This document shows, in pieces, positions 38,975-51,019 of a stretch of 64,000 nt of DNA. A program made the position numbers and the translations under genes. Below the pieces are notes generated by a model. The model ran no database searches and was not told the origin of the DNA. It saw nothing but the letters and a program-made list of their open reading frames with translations. Source of the stretch: Eledone cirrhosa. Its lineage: Eukaryota. Numbering within the stretch: the first letter of the stretch is position 1; every line of letters begins with the position of its first letter. The stretch spans positions 744,001 through 808,000 of the forward strand of contig OZ024741.1 in NCBI GenBank assembly GCA_964016885.1, written 5' to 3'.

Positions 38975-39392
38975 CATCATTTTACGTCCGCTTTTCCCTG
39001 CTTGAAAGGGTGGGACAGGTCCTCTTGAGCAAAGCATCTCTTCACTTGTCACGGTCCTTCGTCATCTCCTTGGTGAGTTTCAGCGATCTGAAGTCGGCTC
39101 TCACCACCTCCACCCATGTTTTTCGTGGTCTTCCTCTACTGCGTCTCCCTTCTTTACCCAGCGCTCAACCTCCATGCGCATCACATGTCCATACCATCTC
39201 AGTCCTCTCTTGCACACCACAACTTATCCCTCTTAAACACAGTTTCTCTCTCAACTCGTTTATGCTTGGTCGTTCCCGCACATTGACATTGCACATCCAA
39301 CGGAGCATGCTTGCTTCATTTCTCTCCAGCCATCGCATACCCTCTGCAGTTGCTGTCCATGTCTCACTACCATGCAGCATCGCGCATCTCAC
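38975..39392 (-). mobile_element. RTE 3' end fragment
   Basis: AMLHGSETW..LERNEASMLRWMC; same tail as 22312-22738. Confidence 0.85.
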
Positions 39393-39429
39393 TTGTGTGT
39401 GTGTGTGTGTATATATATATATGTACATA

Positions 39430-40050
39430 CATATATATTATGTCAGGTCACCAGTTGGTGCTACTGGTAACATGTATCCCAGTACAACCTGTCTCCTGGT
39501 CGGGTCGTTGGCGACTAAACTGGCAACCCCACCAAGGTTTCTTGGTGAGGAGGGTGACTTTGGACATCCTGCAGGACTAAAAACAAAACCTGTCAAAGGG
39601 CAAAGGAGCTCTTAAGAGTCAATGGCCATCCAAAATCACCGGGAGAGATGACCCCTTAGCCTGTGTCAAGGCAGAATTCTAGGAGAAGGAAAACTCTGAT
39701 ATAACACCTGCAACCCTGATGGTATCCAATGATGTTGACTTGTTTTTCTTTTTGGTGAATATCATCTTGGTTAAGAGAGTGGGACTGGCTTTGTGCAGTG
39801 CCTTTGCTCACTATAAAAGCTTCACAGCACAGGCATTGCTTTATATCTGGAGATCTCTCTGCACTTGTCATCACATGGTACCATGGGCCCAGCACTGTCA
39901 ATAATTGTCACAAGTGTAGTGTTTCTACCAGAGTTTTCAAGTCACTGGCTGGACTAAAACGTCACACTCGTTCAGCCCATCGGTAGGGGTTCTCCTACAT
40001 GGATATAAAGTAGGGGCCGTACTCGAAAAAGAGTTGGCAACCACCATATA
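39430..40050 (+). mobile_element. Probable internally deleted RTE-like element (5' UTR-like part joined to C2H2 3' end)
   Basis: GGAGAAGGAAAACTCTGA motif recalled from RTE 5' regions; 3' end encodes CHKCSV..FKSLAGLKRHTRSAH and matches 30140-30270. Confidence 0.4.
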
Positions 40051-40112
40051 TATGTATATATGTATATATTTATATGTATGTATATATGTGTATATATGCA
40101 TATATTTATATG

Positions 40113-40159
<47 letters not shown>

Positions 40160-40244
40160 TTCTGGCTTTCTCTTATTTTCACTCACTAATCTGCTAGCTC
40201 ACTTCCTTCCTCGTCCGTAACTGTCTCTTCTCTTGCTCACATTT

Positions 40245-41035
40245 CTACAGTGAATGTGTCTTTTTTTCTTATCAAACCCACCAGAACTTGTGTTCGAAAT
40301 CAATTGTTCACTCGATTTTTTTTTTTTTTTTTTTTTTTTTTGTTGCTTCAGCCTTTGTGTCTGTTTATATTTTTCTCTCTCTCTCCCCTCTTTTTTATCC
40401 CAATAACTTATTTTAGTTATTGTTCGCCCTAGGTTGAGGCATCTTGTCTGTAACGCGAAGAAATGCCTATGATTCCTAGCAGACAACTGACGATGGATAT
40501 TGCCCTCTTTTGCCCGTAACTTTTATTTTGATTATATTTCAATGCAACCACACAGCTTGCCATTTTATTCACATAGTTTTCTTCTCAGTTGTGACCCATC
40601 TCTCTTCTATCTCCTTGTTGCTATGCTCTCTCTCCCCCTTCTCCCTCTTCTGCTAGTCACCTTCTCTCGGCTAACCTGCCACTTCTAAAGCAGTCTCTTC
40701 TCTCACTCACACTGCTACAGTGAAGACATGTATTTTTTTTTCTCGTTAAACCCACCAGAACTTATGTTCAAAATGAGTTGTTGACTTGATTTTTCCTCTT
40801 TTCGTTTCTTCACCCTTCATGTGTGTATCCATTTTTCTCTCTCCCCCTTTTTTTATTCCAATAACTTATTTTAGTTATTGTTCGCCCTAGGTTGAGGTAT
40901 CTTGTCTCTAACGCGAAGAAATGCCTATGATTCCTAGCAGACAACTGACGATGGATATTGCCCTCTTTTGCCCATAACTTTTCTTTTCATTATACTTAAA
41001 TGCAACCACACAGCTCGCCATTTTATTCATAGTTT
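40245..41035. repeat. Tandem duplication, period ~460-470 bp
   Basis: 40245-40560 repeated at 40715-41035. Confidence 0.85.
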
Positions 41036-41649
41036 CCTTCTCCGCTGAGTTTTGTCCTCTTTTCTACTCATCAACAATTTTGTCTTAGAGTTGGAATTAA
41101 GAGGACTGAGAGTGAACATAGCTGTTTTCATAGCCAGAATTTATTCTCAAGCTCTTCTACTGATTTTATCATCAGCATAGATAAGTTTCTGTAAACAGGA
41201 TGTATTCCTACTTGTATCTGGAATGTGTCACTAAACTCCATTCCTACCCTCACTTTACTGACAGCACCTCTGTACAAAGCTTGCAATGTCCTCACAAGCC
41301 ATTCATCAACACCTACACCGAAAAACAACCCAAACCAAACCGTGTGTTCTGTTATTATTTCTTGCAATATTTATAACAATATGACCCTCCCCTGTTATAA
41401 CTATATATATATATATATATCGTCATACAAATATGTATCGCAGCATTATCAATAAAGGACTTTAACATCTGAAAGTATTTCGCATTTTATCATTATATAT
41501 ATATGCACACATACACACACATACACCGAGAGAGACGACATATATTTATATATGCTAGCTGAAGAACTGCCCTTTGGGCGTTTTTCTGCTAGTATATATA
41601 GACATAAGTTTTTGTAGTGTCCCTTTTCTATCATTTAAAAAGAAACTGA

Positions 41650-43480
41650 AATGCATTTCAACTAAAAGAGTGATAGCTGTTTCACATGACTGTAGAATTT
41701 CTTTGTAGACACAGTTGCCAGCAAACAGACACCTTTCATTTAATATTTTAATATTTTCTTTTTTGTGATAATGCAACATACGTGAGAATTGTGTTTGTAG
41801 ATAAATGTCTGCCCTTGAAGGTTGTTTCAACTATTTGTGGTCTATCACCATGACGTAGAACTGGAAGAATTTGGTTTTAGTCACCAGATACCACTAAATG
41901 GCTTTTTGCAATCTCGAACATCTTTGAAACTCCTGTCAGGCATTGAAAGATATTCTTATGTCCCATACCTCTCTCATCAATGATTAACAGGTCAGCTTGC
42001 TGCATAAGTTTACCTGTGTCATCCCTCTTTGTGAAGAAGCAAGTTGATTCAGCAGTCATATTGAGAGGAATCGTGCACTTGGAATGAAGAGTTCTTCGTT
42101 TGTGAAGCAAAGTGGCTGCTATTCCAGATATGGCAGTGGCAAGTGCAATTATTTTTTTACATTGGAGGTAATCCATTAGAATGCTTATGACCTGTACCTG
42201 CACTTGCATTCAAGCAGAAAATTCTGCCCTCATTTTCATTTACAGAGGTAATTACTTTGTGAAAAAGAACCAGTTGCTGAGGATTCAATGTTGGCAGAAG
42301 TTGATTTATTTGTTTGCATGGACATGAATTGCTCATGACGTTCATGCATGATATCCTCTGCAAGACAATTCTTCTATTTCTCCCAGAACTGCAGAGGGTC
42401 ATTTGGCATGCAGTGCAATTAAATGGTGCAGAAGATCTGTGGCAGCTGAGGACGAACAGACTAAGTTAATCTTTATATGAAGTTTACCCAGCCTTGTGAT
42501 GTATGATCATTCTGAGGTAATATAATTCAGATTGATGTCTTCTGAGAATGCGTCCAAGAGATTCACTCATAAATTGTTGATCACCATCCAGATGTCCCCT
42601 TTTTTTCTTTGCCATTTTTTTTGTTTGTCCAAGTGAAATATTTAGGAATATCAATATACAATATATCTTGTTCCAGCGGGTCTCTAATATTCAGTTGAAA
42701 ATATTCCGTGAACTTAGTCATTGGCTGTCCCCTAGAAAGAACTTTCTTCCTGCCCTTGCTCAAACACGACCATTTGTTCCCCAGGTAAATGGCAAGGCAA
42801 CTTTCCAGAATGCTTCACTGGCTGAGATGTACCATGCATTGATATAGATCTCAATTTCATTTCGAGCATGGACACAATTTCCTCGATCATCCTTAATAGT
42901 GAAAGTGATTTTGTCTGATCCTTTTGTGATGTACTTTAAGTAGTTAACAGCCTTGACACTGTAGACAACCTCACAATTGACCATGCTGTCTACCCCTTCT
43001 TCTATACTTTGAAAAGGAACTTTTGGCAACAAATGCGGTTTGCCTTGGGATAACTGTTTGAGCATTGTTATTGTTGTCCTAGCCCTTCCTTTCATGAGCA
43101 CATCATATTAACTTGTCCACATGGGCCATGAATGTTGCAAGATGGGGATGATCTTCTGTAGAATTGGAATCTCACAGTACACTACCTGATCAATGTCATC
43201 AGCAGTTTTGTGCTTACTATCTTCAGCCATTATCTGCAGAATATGAGCATGAGTGGGGCCTCGTTTCTGCCACTCTATTGTAGCAGAACGAGCAACAACT
43301 TTTCCTAGGACATTTTCTTTTTCAGTATGTCACCCATGAGGCTGTCATACTTGATGTTGAAGAATCTTGCACAAATATCAGGACGGTCTCTAGGTTCTTG
43401 ACTAGGGTGCAAATTATTTTTTATTTCATCCCAGTTAGAGTTAGTTGTTACCGTGATGAAATAAGACGACTTTACCATGT
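41650..43480 (-). mobile_element. Helitron RepHel remnant (HUH Rep + PIF1-like helicase start), decayed
   Basis: YFITVTTN..W.EI..RDRPDICARFF, IEWQKRGPTHAHIL, KYITKGSD, YISASEAFW, FCLNASAGTG, AISGIAATLL..RTLHS, LLIIDE. Confidence 0.9.
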
Positions 43481-44117
43481 CAAACCACAGTCATCGAATT
43501 CTGAAAGCACTCAGTGTAGAAGCGATTGGGAACCATAGATTGAAGGTGGAAGAACAATTCTCCGGCCTTCATTTACTGAATCTCCCTCAGCATCATAGAA
43601 ACCCTCATACTTTTCAGCTCACATCACGGTTCGATTGTTACGGCCATTTTGAGGTGACAACATTGTATTTTTCCCTGGGCATCTACAGCATATTGCTGCA
43701 TCAGCCACCTGCTCTTCACGACAACATTAGTCACCTTGCCTAACCTGAAACCGATAACCAGTGGGTGTGAGTGTGTGGTTGTTGTCAATCCTTTTCAAAC
43801 CAACCCGAAACCCATCATTCCCACAAGGAAACAGTAGCACAGGACAATATTCACATTTTCAGAGACTGGCATTTTAATGACTTTCTTGAAGCTTCTTATA
43901 TGATAAATGTTACCTATGATCTTAAATGTGGGACTAAACCCTGGCTTGCTCACCCCCCCCCCCCCTCTCTCTCTCTCCCATACACTGACATAAGATCATA
44001 TAATTCAGCATTGTGGCTGTCTGTAAAATGTGAAAAGAAAGGCAAGGTTTTAACTGACATATAATTAGATGTATGTATTTATGCCATGTGCGTTAATTTA
44101 TATACGCACAATAGTCA

Positions 44118-44450
44118 GTCTCCTGATCTGTTACAAACACAATTCTCAGGGCGAAACAGATTAAATCTCTAATCTGTCCGGGAGATGAAATAGTTATTGA
44201 AACTGTGTGTACATTTTACTCTATCCTGTATTTTCCGTTTGCTCGCACGAGGTGAAATATTCATTCGTGTAGCTTTTAGTTTTAGGTGTTTGTCACATTT
44301 TATCTTATCTCTCGCTGATAACGCCTACGGATTATCTGTTACAAACACAATTCTCAGGGCGAAACAGATTAAATCTCTAATCTGTCTGGGAGATGAAATA
44401 GTTATTGAAACGATCTGTACATTTTACTCTTTATCCTGTATTTTCCGTAT
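44118..44450 (+). ncRNA. Tandem 208-nt repeat with two degenerate type I hammerheads
   Basis: GAAA CAGATTA-AATCTC-TAATCTG TC^ at 44153-44178 and 44361-44386; copy 2 has TTATCTCTCG CTGATAA C GCCT...AGGGC and stem I partner TGGGAGATGA. Confidence 0.6.
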
Positions 44451-44473
44451 GCTTCAGGTTAAATCTGTCAAAC

Positions 44474-44531
<58 letters not shown>

Positions 44532-44705
44532 TCAACCAACTGTGACGCCTAAACCAATCAGCTTTAGTAATCCAGTGAAACTACACACCGATTAGTCGAA
44601 ATACAGTTTTCAAGATTTAGCATTCTGGAGCCACTTTTCACAGTGGCAAAATTTACCCATCTCATTACAGTTGAAAATTGCAAACTTGACTGTCACCACA
44701 CATTA

Positions 44706-44744
44706 TGAACCTGAAGATTGCGAAAGCATGAAAGTACTTGTTCA
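44706..44744 (+). ncRNA. Minimal (Penelope-type) type I hammerhead ribozyme
   Basis: TGAAC CTGAAGA T-TGC-GAAA-GCA-T GAAA GTAC TT^GTTCA; 5-bp stem I, GNRA-capped stem II, palindromic GTAC loop III. Confidence 0.7.
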
Positions 44745-45180
44745 ATTAACACTTAACATTTAATATTCTACCATACTATTTCATTCTAATACTATTATAA
44801 ATTTTAAAGGATTGTAAATAAAACGAGTAAATCAAAGTTGGAATTCCTTTTATTAATATAATCTTTTATACATAATCATACACACCCGTGTATATCTATC
44901 TATCATATATATATATATATAATGACACACACATATTGTCCTGGGTATGACATTAAACTACATCCAGTGACAAGGCTCCATTTCGGGAGTTCATGAGCTG
45001 TGGGGAATGTGGAGTTACCCCTTAGTTGTCATAACTCCCAGGTCTGCTCTGGCCCGGAGCAGTGTTACCTGTTAGGGCCCCATTTATGGGTGAAATAATA
45101 AAAGAACCATGTAGTCGATTTAACAGCACTAAGGTTGTCAAGGCTTATGGGCACTCTGAATGTGAGGACAATTCGGACAC

Positions 45181-45261
45181 TGAGAAATACTTCCCTGGAA
45201 CTAAGAAGACCCCCACCCCGAAAAGAGGCCCGACCCAGTGGTGCCAAACCAAAAGGTATGC
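45181..45261 (+). pseudogene. Partial duplicate of AFG3L2-like exon with splice donor, frameshifted
   Basis: EKYFPGTK...(+1 shift) RKEARPSGAKPK|GTATGC; matches 46049-46128. Confidence 0.55.
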
Positions 45262-45935
45262 TTTCTCTCTTTCTTTCTCTTTCTTTCTTTCTTTCTCTCT
45301 CTCGCATACACTTAATGTTAAAAGAAAAGCAAGCTTTGAAGTGACAAATAATTAGATACATTGATACGACGCGTCGCCCTCATATCATGTATCTGTATGG
45401 CTGTCTGTCTGAACTTTCTAAATAAAACACACCCACACCCAACAAAGAGAACCAAATAGTTAAATTATAGAGTAGCCTAACTTGAGATTTTAATTTTTTC
45501 CATTTTTTTCATACACAAAAATACAGATCCATAAACATTTATGTGTGTGGATCTATGTATATAGATAGGTAGATGGACAAGGGTGTACTCACATAGGAGG
45601 TTTCCCGGTTGTTGTAATGATAGACTCCAGTTCTATCCCGAAAAACTTGAAATGAAGCAACTGGCTTATTAATACAATGTGCTGCCAGACCTAGGGTTTG
45701 ATGTTATGTTTATGAGTGCAGCACACTAACCATTGAAGCCCCACCATCACATACTGAACCTACATTAGAACACTACCACACACTACAGCACTACCAGACA
45801 CTATAACACCGCCATACTACACTACCACCATCACACTATATCACCACCAACACCACCATTCTATATATTCAGATATATCATATCTACCCCACCTTTAACT
45901 CTGGCCCTTTATAACCCCTAAAATCTCTATTTCAG

Positions 45936-46122
45936 ATATATCGTCATTCCTACGTTACCTCTAAATATGTAACTGCTTCACCACGGCCGTTGTTGTCCCT
46001 AATGAAGGACTGGGCTCTGCTACGCAACAGCAATGTACCAGATGGTTTTGAGAAATACTTCCCTGGAGCTAAGGAGACCCTGCCACGAAAAGAGGCCCGA
46101 CCCAGTGGTGCCAAACCATAAG
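45936..46122 (+). pseudogene. AFG3L2: Orphan exon resembling AFG3L2 (m-AAA protease) N-terminus, premature stop
   Basis: TTTCAG acceptor, 187-nt exon IYRHSYVTSKYVTASPRPLLSLMKDWALLRNSNVPDGFEKYFPGAKETLPRKEARPSGAKP*, donor GTATAC; P.GFEKYFP motif recalled from AFG3L2 (RPPKGFEKYFPNG). Confidence 0.6.
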
Positions 46123-46651
46123 GTATACTTAATCTCTCTCTCTCTCTTCTAGACACTTCTATAAGGTCATATAATTGAACAGTGTGTCATTTCTAAAATG
46201 TGAAAAGAAAGGCAATGTTTTAAGTGACATAATTAGAAAGATATAGATACAACGCCGCACACTCACACACAGTTTTATATATATAGATATGTCTCCTCAT
46301 TTTTGCAAAGTCTATACAAATCCACATTTCTACTCTGATTGGCTTCAAACTTGCATTTATATATTCCTTGTGGTCTAAAGATATTAACTGCAGCTTTTAT
46401 TTTTCAATTTTCTGTTTTTAAAGAGGTGTTAGGCACCAGTTATCGATCTCCATCGTGCCCTTATAATTGTTTCTACTTTAGGCACAAGGCCAGCAATTAC
46501 CCAGTACATTACTGGTACTTTATTTTAACGACCCCGTAAGGATGAAAGGCAAAGTTAACCTCTGGCTGTCTGCATAACGACATTGTGATCCATACGTCAG
46601 CAATGACGTTAATCTTCGCCACATTCACACACACACGCGCATGCGCAGATA

Positions 46652-46708
<57 letters not shown>

Positions 46709-46734
46709 GTATGTATGTATGTATGTATGTATGT

Positions 46735-46787
46735 GAGTTTCAGAAGATCCCGTTAAGGGTGAAAGCAGCGATTCTTTGCTTAAACTT
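46735..46787 (+). ncRNA. Type I hammerhead-like motif with CAGAAGA core
   Basis: GAGTTT CAGAAGA T-CCC-GTTAA-GGG-T GAAA GCA-GCGATTCTT-TGC TT^AAACTT; all three stems form, U4 replaced by A. Confidence 0.55.
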
Positions 46788-47076
46788 TAATCTGTTATTT
46801 TAATAAATATATATATATATCATAATTGAATATAAAAGAAAAACGAACACAGATATATACATGTGTTCAAATAGTAAGGCATGAGATTCGCTAAGGTGAA
46901 AATAATACTAACTATAGACAATTTAAGAATAAATCAATAAAATAAATACAAACTTGGCTGCTATCTTTAGTGGTGTGAGTTTGTGAGACACGCTAAGTTC
47001 AGATACCATGTGCGTTATATATACGCACACTATTCAGTTTTTTAATATACTTAGAAATGTCCATGATAATAATTCT

Positions 47077-47156
47077 TCATCCACTGATGAGCAAGAATTG
47101 GTATTCCTCTTCACAATTAATTTTGCGAAACAGCATTACCAAAGGTGTCTGGGTGA
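47077..47156 (+). ncRNA. Type I hammerhead ribozyme, canonical core
   Basis: TCATCCA CTGATGA GCAAGAATT...AATTTTGC GAAA CA...TG TC^TGGGTGA; 7-bp stem I, G-C closed stem II, GUC at 47147-47149. Confidence 0.8.
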
Positions 47157-47194
47157 TTGGTACTTACCACAATTCTGGTTTGTATTTCTTTTCT

Positions 47195-48197
47195 TGATTT
47201 ATTCTTAAATTGAGTCTGGCAAACCCTATTGTCTCTAGTTAGTATTCTTTTCACCTTAGCGAAGCTGAACCCCCCCCCCCCCCGGTGGTCAAACGGATCG
47301 GTCCCACCCGTGACAGCAGTCGTTCGACATAGCCCCACAGATAGGCAATGCCCGAGCACTGTACAATGCGTGTGCAACTGTTTCCTCGTCGCACCCGCAT
47401 CTGGGACAGATCTTTTTCGAGGGGTCTCTACCAGGGCGCCCGTGTCTGTAGAGCCTTTCTCGAACGGGCAGAGCCCCTCGGTGGCACTGCCAGGCCAGGG
47501 ATCTCTGGAAGTTATCCATAGGTCCCGGGCTGAATGTCCTACCGAACAGGTTGGCCAGTTCGTTTTCCTCCATGCCTAGGGCTTTTCCGAGGGTGTTGCC
47601 GCACCTGCTAACCACCTCTATAGAATGACGAGTTGGATTCTCCACTGACAGCCGGGTCCGCCTGCCAGAGAGCCGTGAGCGCCTGGGCACACTCGGTGTG
47701 CCAGGCGCCCAATTTTCTCGGTCTTTGCTTGACCCAGGATTGCAGCTCGGTGAGCGAGACGAGTCTGGGAAAGGCTCGCCTCACAAACGGGGCCCACACC
47801 GGTTGACCGGTGATGAATACCTGGAGGTGCCGTAGCCTTAATGCGTGTTTACGCATCATCAGCCACGGCATCCCAGCCCGCCTTTCGAAGGGTGTTGACA
47901 GCAGATGGATCTCCTCACCATAGGAGCCCGCTTCTTCCAAAGGAATTGGAAGAGTGTGCGCTCCATTTTGGAGAGCGTTTCCCTTGGGCAAGGCACGACG
48001 GTCAGGCGGTAGTAGATGACGGACGCTATGTGTTCGCCACCTCCGCCCGACGACGCCATTAACAACTCCAACTTCTGCAGCAGTGGCTCTAGTTATTACA
48101 TACAGAAGGGAGGAGAGAGGGCACCCTTGTCGGATGGACCGCGCGATTTCGAACGGCTCCGAGAGGTAGCCGTTCACCTTGACAAGAGCAGAAGTGC
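47195..48197 (-). mobile_element. Tx1/L1-clade LINE fragment (RT piece + CCHC C-terminus), internally deleted
   Basis: VKVNGYLSEPFEIARSIRQGCPLS, FQFLWKK..SKGGLG, LAWQCHRGALPVRERL..CPRCGCDEETVAHAL. Confidence 0.85.
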
Positions 48198-48204
48198 GTG
48201 CCTG

Positions 48205-49366
48205 CCTGCCTGCCTTAAGTCGTCCATGTTGTGGCTCCAGGTGAAGAGTTTGTACCTGAGCACAAATATGCGTGCTCATTTGCATGGTGACATGTCTGCA
48301 GCATTTGGTCAGAATATTTTAGCACTTTGTGAGGGCAAGGTCCCTGCGGATGACAAAGGCGGAATAGCAATCGACTCCCTGTGCAACATTGTGAGCAGCC
48401 CTTCTGACCTTTTGGAAGCAGTTTTTCCTAATGTCTCATCTAACTTTAAAAACCTCGATTAGCTCAGCGAAAGAGCCATCCTTGCTCGGAAAAATACCAT
48501 GGTTAATTTTATTAACGAGCAGCTGATTGAGAAGATTCCCGCTAAAGAACACGTCTTCAAATCTATCGACCTGGCGTCAGACCCCGACGATATCGTTAAT
48601 TATCCGGTTGAGTTATTAAATTCCCTTGAGCCCCCAGGGCTCCCACCTCTTATTCTTAAGCTTAGGCTGTCCCATTATGCTAATAAGGAACTTGCGTCCA
48701 CCAAAGCAGTGCAACGGTACTCGCATGGTCGTCAAGTCAGTGACGCTCCACTTGATTGAGGCCACCATTGTAACGGGGTGCTGGAGAGGGGAGAATGTTT
48801 TCATTCCAAGGCTGAACCTTTGCCCCTCGGCGTCAGATATCCCGTTCGATTTCCGGCGATCCCAATTCCCGGTGAGACCATTTTTTTTTCCAAGTCCATT
48901 AACAAGTCACAAGGGCAAACATTGTTGGTGGCGGTCATCCATTTGGGGGAGCCATGCTTCTCCCATGGCCAACTTTATGTTGCCAGTTTCCGCGTATGGA
49001 GCAGGAATGGACTTTTTGCTTACACTCCTCAAGGGATGACACGCAATATCGTCTACAATGAAGTGCTATAGATGTTTGAGTTATGCCGTCTGGAAAACTG
49101 GTTGGGTCACCCATAGCGGACAGATCTGACACGCAGCGGCATCAGGGCCACCATCTTGCAACTTTGTTCTACTAAATTCGCTATTGGAAGATTATTAAGC
49201 CATCATTGATTGTCCAAAATGCTAATTGGTTTGTAACTATTAATAACCGGTTCAACTGCTTTATGCACTTAATTGATAAGATTATGCGCTTTCAAGCTAC
49301 GTTTACCTGTATGTAACTTTTCATAGCAAATGAACAAACCCGAGTAACGCCGGGCTAAACTGCTAG
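48205..49366 (+). mobile_element. Helitron helicase C-terminal part and canonical 3' terminus
   Basis: LSTNMRA, ERAILA, LNSLEPPGLPP, PIMLIRNL..CNGTR, QFPV, SINKSQGQT, FSHGQLYVA; hairpin CCCG..CGGG 49339-49354 then CTAG|T at 49363-49367. Confidence 0.9.
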
Positions 49367-50169
49367 TTATCAATAATGTTATATCTCGCAATAGCAATAC
49401 TCGATAACGAGGGCGCAGTCATTATGTATGGTGTTGTGATTTTTATGTACAGTATATTATTATTAGATGGGTAACGTGCCTGCAGTAATCGGTAGAGCGT
49501 CCTCTCAAAATGTTTGCATTTTGCCCAAAGCAGAAACAATTATTATTGTTGTTTGTAGTATTAGTAGTAGTATTCATTCTATTTTGTGTTCCACGTGGTT
49601 GATATTTCATCACCACAACACCACCACACCACTACACCACCACGCCACCACACCAACACACACCACCAACACACCACTACACCAACACTGTCGCCACCAG
49701 TTGGGCTACGTAGTCAAAGTGAAGGAAATAGAATTGGTGAAAGATAGACATACTGATAGAAAGATATATGTATATATAGAGAGAGAGGAGGGGGGTAGAT
49801 AGAAAGACACAGTTATAGAGATACAGACAATTACGCGTGTTGTTGTTTCTTTGATTCCGATAATACACATGTGTATCTAACAGTGATGATATGTCATATA
49901 GATTATTGAGAGGAAATGAATATTTACAAAGAAAAGCTGAAATATAATTTTAAAAAAATTAACGAATATTTATTTTTTATCTTTTGGAGTCAGTCAACAT
50001 TTACCGCCATGTTCTTTGTTCTTTGTTAACAATAAAAGAATCTAATTTCTGACATACACCCTACTTCCGATCTTTAACCGCAGCCATTATATCAGAATGT
50101 ATCTGTGCGTATGTCAAACTGAGTGCATGTGTATGGGTAGGTGTATATATAAAAATGTGTGTGTGAGTT

Positions 50170-50965
50170 GGTCCCAGGTTCAATCTGGGGTAACCACAGT
50201 AAGGTACTCAATACATAGCAGAGTATAAATATTGAATCTAGAAATGTCTTCTGCAGGAGTAGAACTGTATATTATATATATAATTTGTCTGTGGTATATA
50301 TAGATGAATGTTTGATGCTGAATCTCCCCGAGAATCACGCTCTAAGTGTTTATATTTATCTAAAAACCTTTATGTCCCAAACACTCTTTTCGGCTGAGTA
50401 TTTTACAGCTGACAATGTAGCAACAGCCAGTTTTGGAGCATGGCGTTGGATGGCACAACTATGCGAAGTGACCAGTGATATCATTATGAGGAGGAAGAGG
50501 CCAGTTTGCCGCACCGAATCCTTCTCACAGCGGCACCCCAATTTCGGAGCCGGGCCCTCTCCCCGCGATGGATACTTCTCAATACGAAAGACGACCGTGG
50601 CAGCCTGGGACTAGATTGCACTGTTATGAGAAGTGACAGTCCAGTTGGCCGCTCGAAACCCCTTTCACAGCGGCAGCACAGTATCGGATGCAAGTACTGT
50701 GAATTGGATGGACACTTCTCAATACAAAACGTGCTAACGTGTGACTTGACAATGATGAGAAACCGGAACCAGACATTGTGAAGGACTGTTTGAGGGGAGG
50801 GATGTATGTATACGGTCATTAAAACACACGCACGCACGTATATAATTCTCCTGAATGAAACAGTTATAGTCATGTAGAAGTCATTACTATATTAAATATT
50901 TATACTCTGTTATGAATTGAGTACCTTACTTACTGTTGTTAGCTGTGATTGAACTCGGAATAAAC
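50170..50965. repeat. Inverted pair of Penelope-like terminal fragments flanking a ~580-bp interior
   Basis: 50170-50270 is the reverse complement of ~50853-50960; both match 57975-58080 (hammerhead 3' half plus tail). Confidence 0.65.
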
Positions 50966-51019
50966 TTTACACATTTTTGGAAACACCCTGTATATATATA
51001 TATCATTTGAGATGTAAAT

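Noticed and set aside
48499-49071. Host PIF1 helicase gene
   Set aside because: Intronless, frameshifted and followed by a Helitron hairpin-CTAG terminus
50173-50189. tRNA T-arm/B-box (CCCAG GTTCAAT CTGGG) suggesting a SINE head
   Set aside because: No A-box or rest of a tRNA; it is the reverse-strand tail of the hammerhead-bearing repeat at 57949-58080
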